A DNA stretch of 64,000 nucleotides from NCBI GenBank assembly GCA_951406725.2, contig OX597817.1, forward strand, positions 64,480,001 to 64,544,000, given 5' to 3'. The position numbers were made by a program, and so were the translations under genes. The notes under the pieces are model-generated. The model was given only the letters and a program-made list of their open reading frames with translations, was not told where the DNA came from and searched no databases. Positions 62,771 through 64,000 of the stretch are shown piece by piece. Source of the DNA: Octopus vulgaris. Lineage: Eukaryota. Numbering within the stretch: the first letter of the stretch is position 1; the number at the start of each line of letters is the position of its first letter.

Positions 62771-64000
62771 TAGACAATAGATTAGGAAATAGAGAAAACA
62801 GTAGTTATTATTGGTGTTTAATGAAGTGAACATTAAAACTGGAAAGTTGTAACAGAGTAGTTATGTCAATTTCTCTTTCTCACTATTTCTCTCTGGAATA
62901 GTGGAATAGAAAGATGAAGAGAAAGACAAATACAAAGAGAGGGAGGAGACAGACAGTGATGATGGTGGTAGTACACTCATTTGATGTCAAATTCTTTTTC
63001 AATCTTCCTTTAATCTTTTATATATCATCATTATCATTTTATATTTACTTTTCCATGTTTGCATGGGTCAGATGAACATTGATGCAGATTTTTTACTGCC
63101 CATTACTCTTTTTGTCACCAACCCTGTTTTATAAGAAACTGGCATGAATTTGGGTGTTTATGATTTTTTTCTTTAAGTGGTAAGGAAAACCAAGATTAGT
63201 GGGTTAATTGAAATGTAATATAGATGAGTTTCTAGAAATGGAATCCACTATGAAGATTAAGTTACTAAAGTTTTTGTTTGCAACTCAGTATATATTTGTG
63301 TATGTTTGCTTTTTATTTTTTCGAGTGGGTGGGTTCTGCTTCAGTTAATCCTGCTGTTATATATGTTTAGGGGTATATCTATATGTAATTATCTATGTAT
63401 ATATCTTTATCTTTGATACCCAGGCATTGCCAGGAGCTTCTAATATATATGTTAAGTAATGTGTCTAAGTTTTTATTTATATATTTATTTATTCCTCTTT
63501 CTGTCATTGTCATGTTGGAAAGCAAAAATGGTTAGGACTGCTGAGAGAGGTGGAAGAGAGTAGAAAACATTGCTAAGTGAACTAGGAGATTGACAAATGT
63601 AGAGGGAGAGATATAGTAATAGTCAGCAGTCACCCAACACTCAATGAAGCAGACTGAGATGCTGGAAGGGACAGAGGGAAGAACAGTAAGAAAAGGAAGA
63701 AATACTGCATATAAGGGAATATAGGTAAACCGAAGGAAGATAGAGCTCTGCATTTATTGATGCTGAGATCAGATTATACACCAGAAAAATTTCTCCTTTA
63801 CAATAACACCACATGGATAAAAATGGTATAATGTTGAGACCTTTGATGTGAGTATGGGAGCCAAGGATTCTGCAGAAATAGGTGACATCGTTGATTAAAT
63901 GTTTTACACTCCTTACAGGTGAACTTCAACTTCATCTCCCATAAATTATTCAGAGACAATGGATTAACCACTGATTGGTTCTGGAAAGATCACCAATTCT

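Noticed and set aside
63905-64000. ccttacag|gtgaac as the acceptor of NDC1 exon 3
   Set aside because: No NDC1-like peptide recognised in the required phase, the region looks like decayed repeat, and the window ends before it can be tested.

Overview
AT-rich, repeat-dense animal genomic DNA. The SINE and LINE-tail families look like those of Octopus (coleoid cephalopod); this is an inference from repeat resemblance, not a database result. Two spliced genes sit head-to-head with start codons 287 bp apart. (1) A complete 4-exon, 157-aa single-PDZ gene of the TAX1BP3/TIP-1 type on the minus strand (36402 to 7696, all phase-0 GT-AG introns). (2) The first two coding exons of a probable NDC1 (TMEM48) nucleoporin gene on the plus strand (36690-36737, 60126-60228), which continues beyond the window. 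The large introns are filled with nested transposon fossils: Helitrons with exact termini, piggyBac, hAT, maT/DD37D, mariner/DD34D, Mutator- and Merlin-like MITEs, RTE and CR1 LINE pieces, and tRNA-derived SINEs. The most notable non-coding signal is a set of minimal type-I hammerhead-ribozyme-like motifs of the kind known from Penelope-like elements, in three unrelated repeat families (26146-26278, 34534-34569, and a degenerate pair near 43.7 and 45.3 kb). One of them lies in a non-coding element with inverted ends that was later split by a Helitron. Nearly all other ORFs in the supplied track are spurious or transposon-derived. I found no prokaryotic systems, CRISPR arrays or intact transposases. 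Boundaries of old repeats are approximate.
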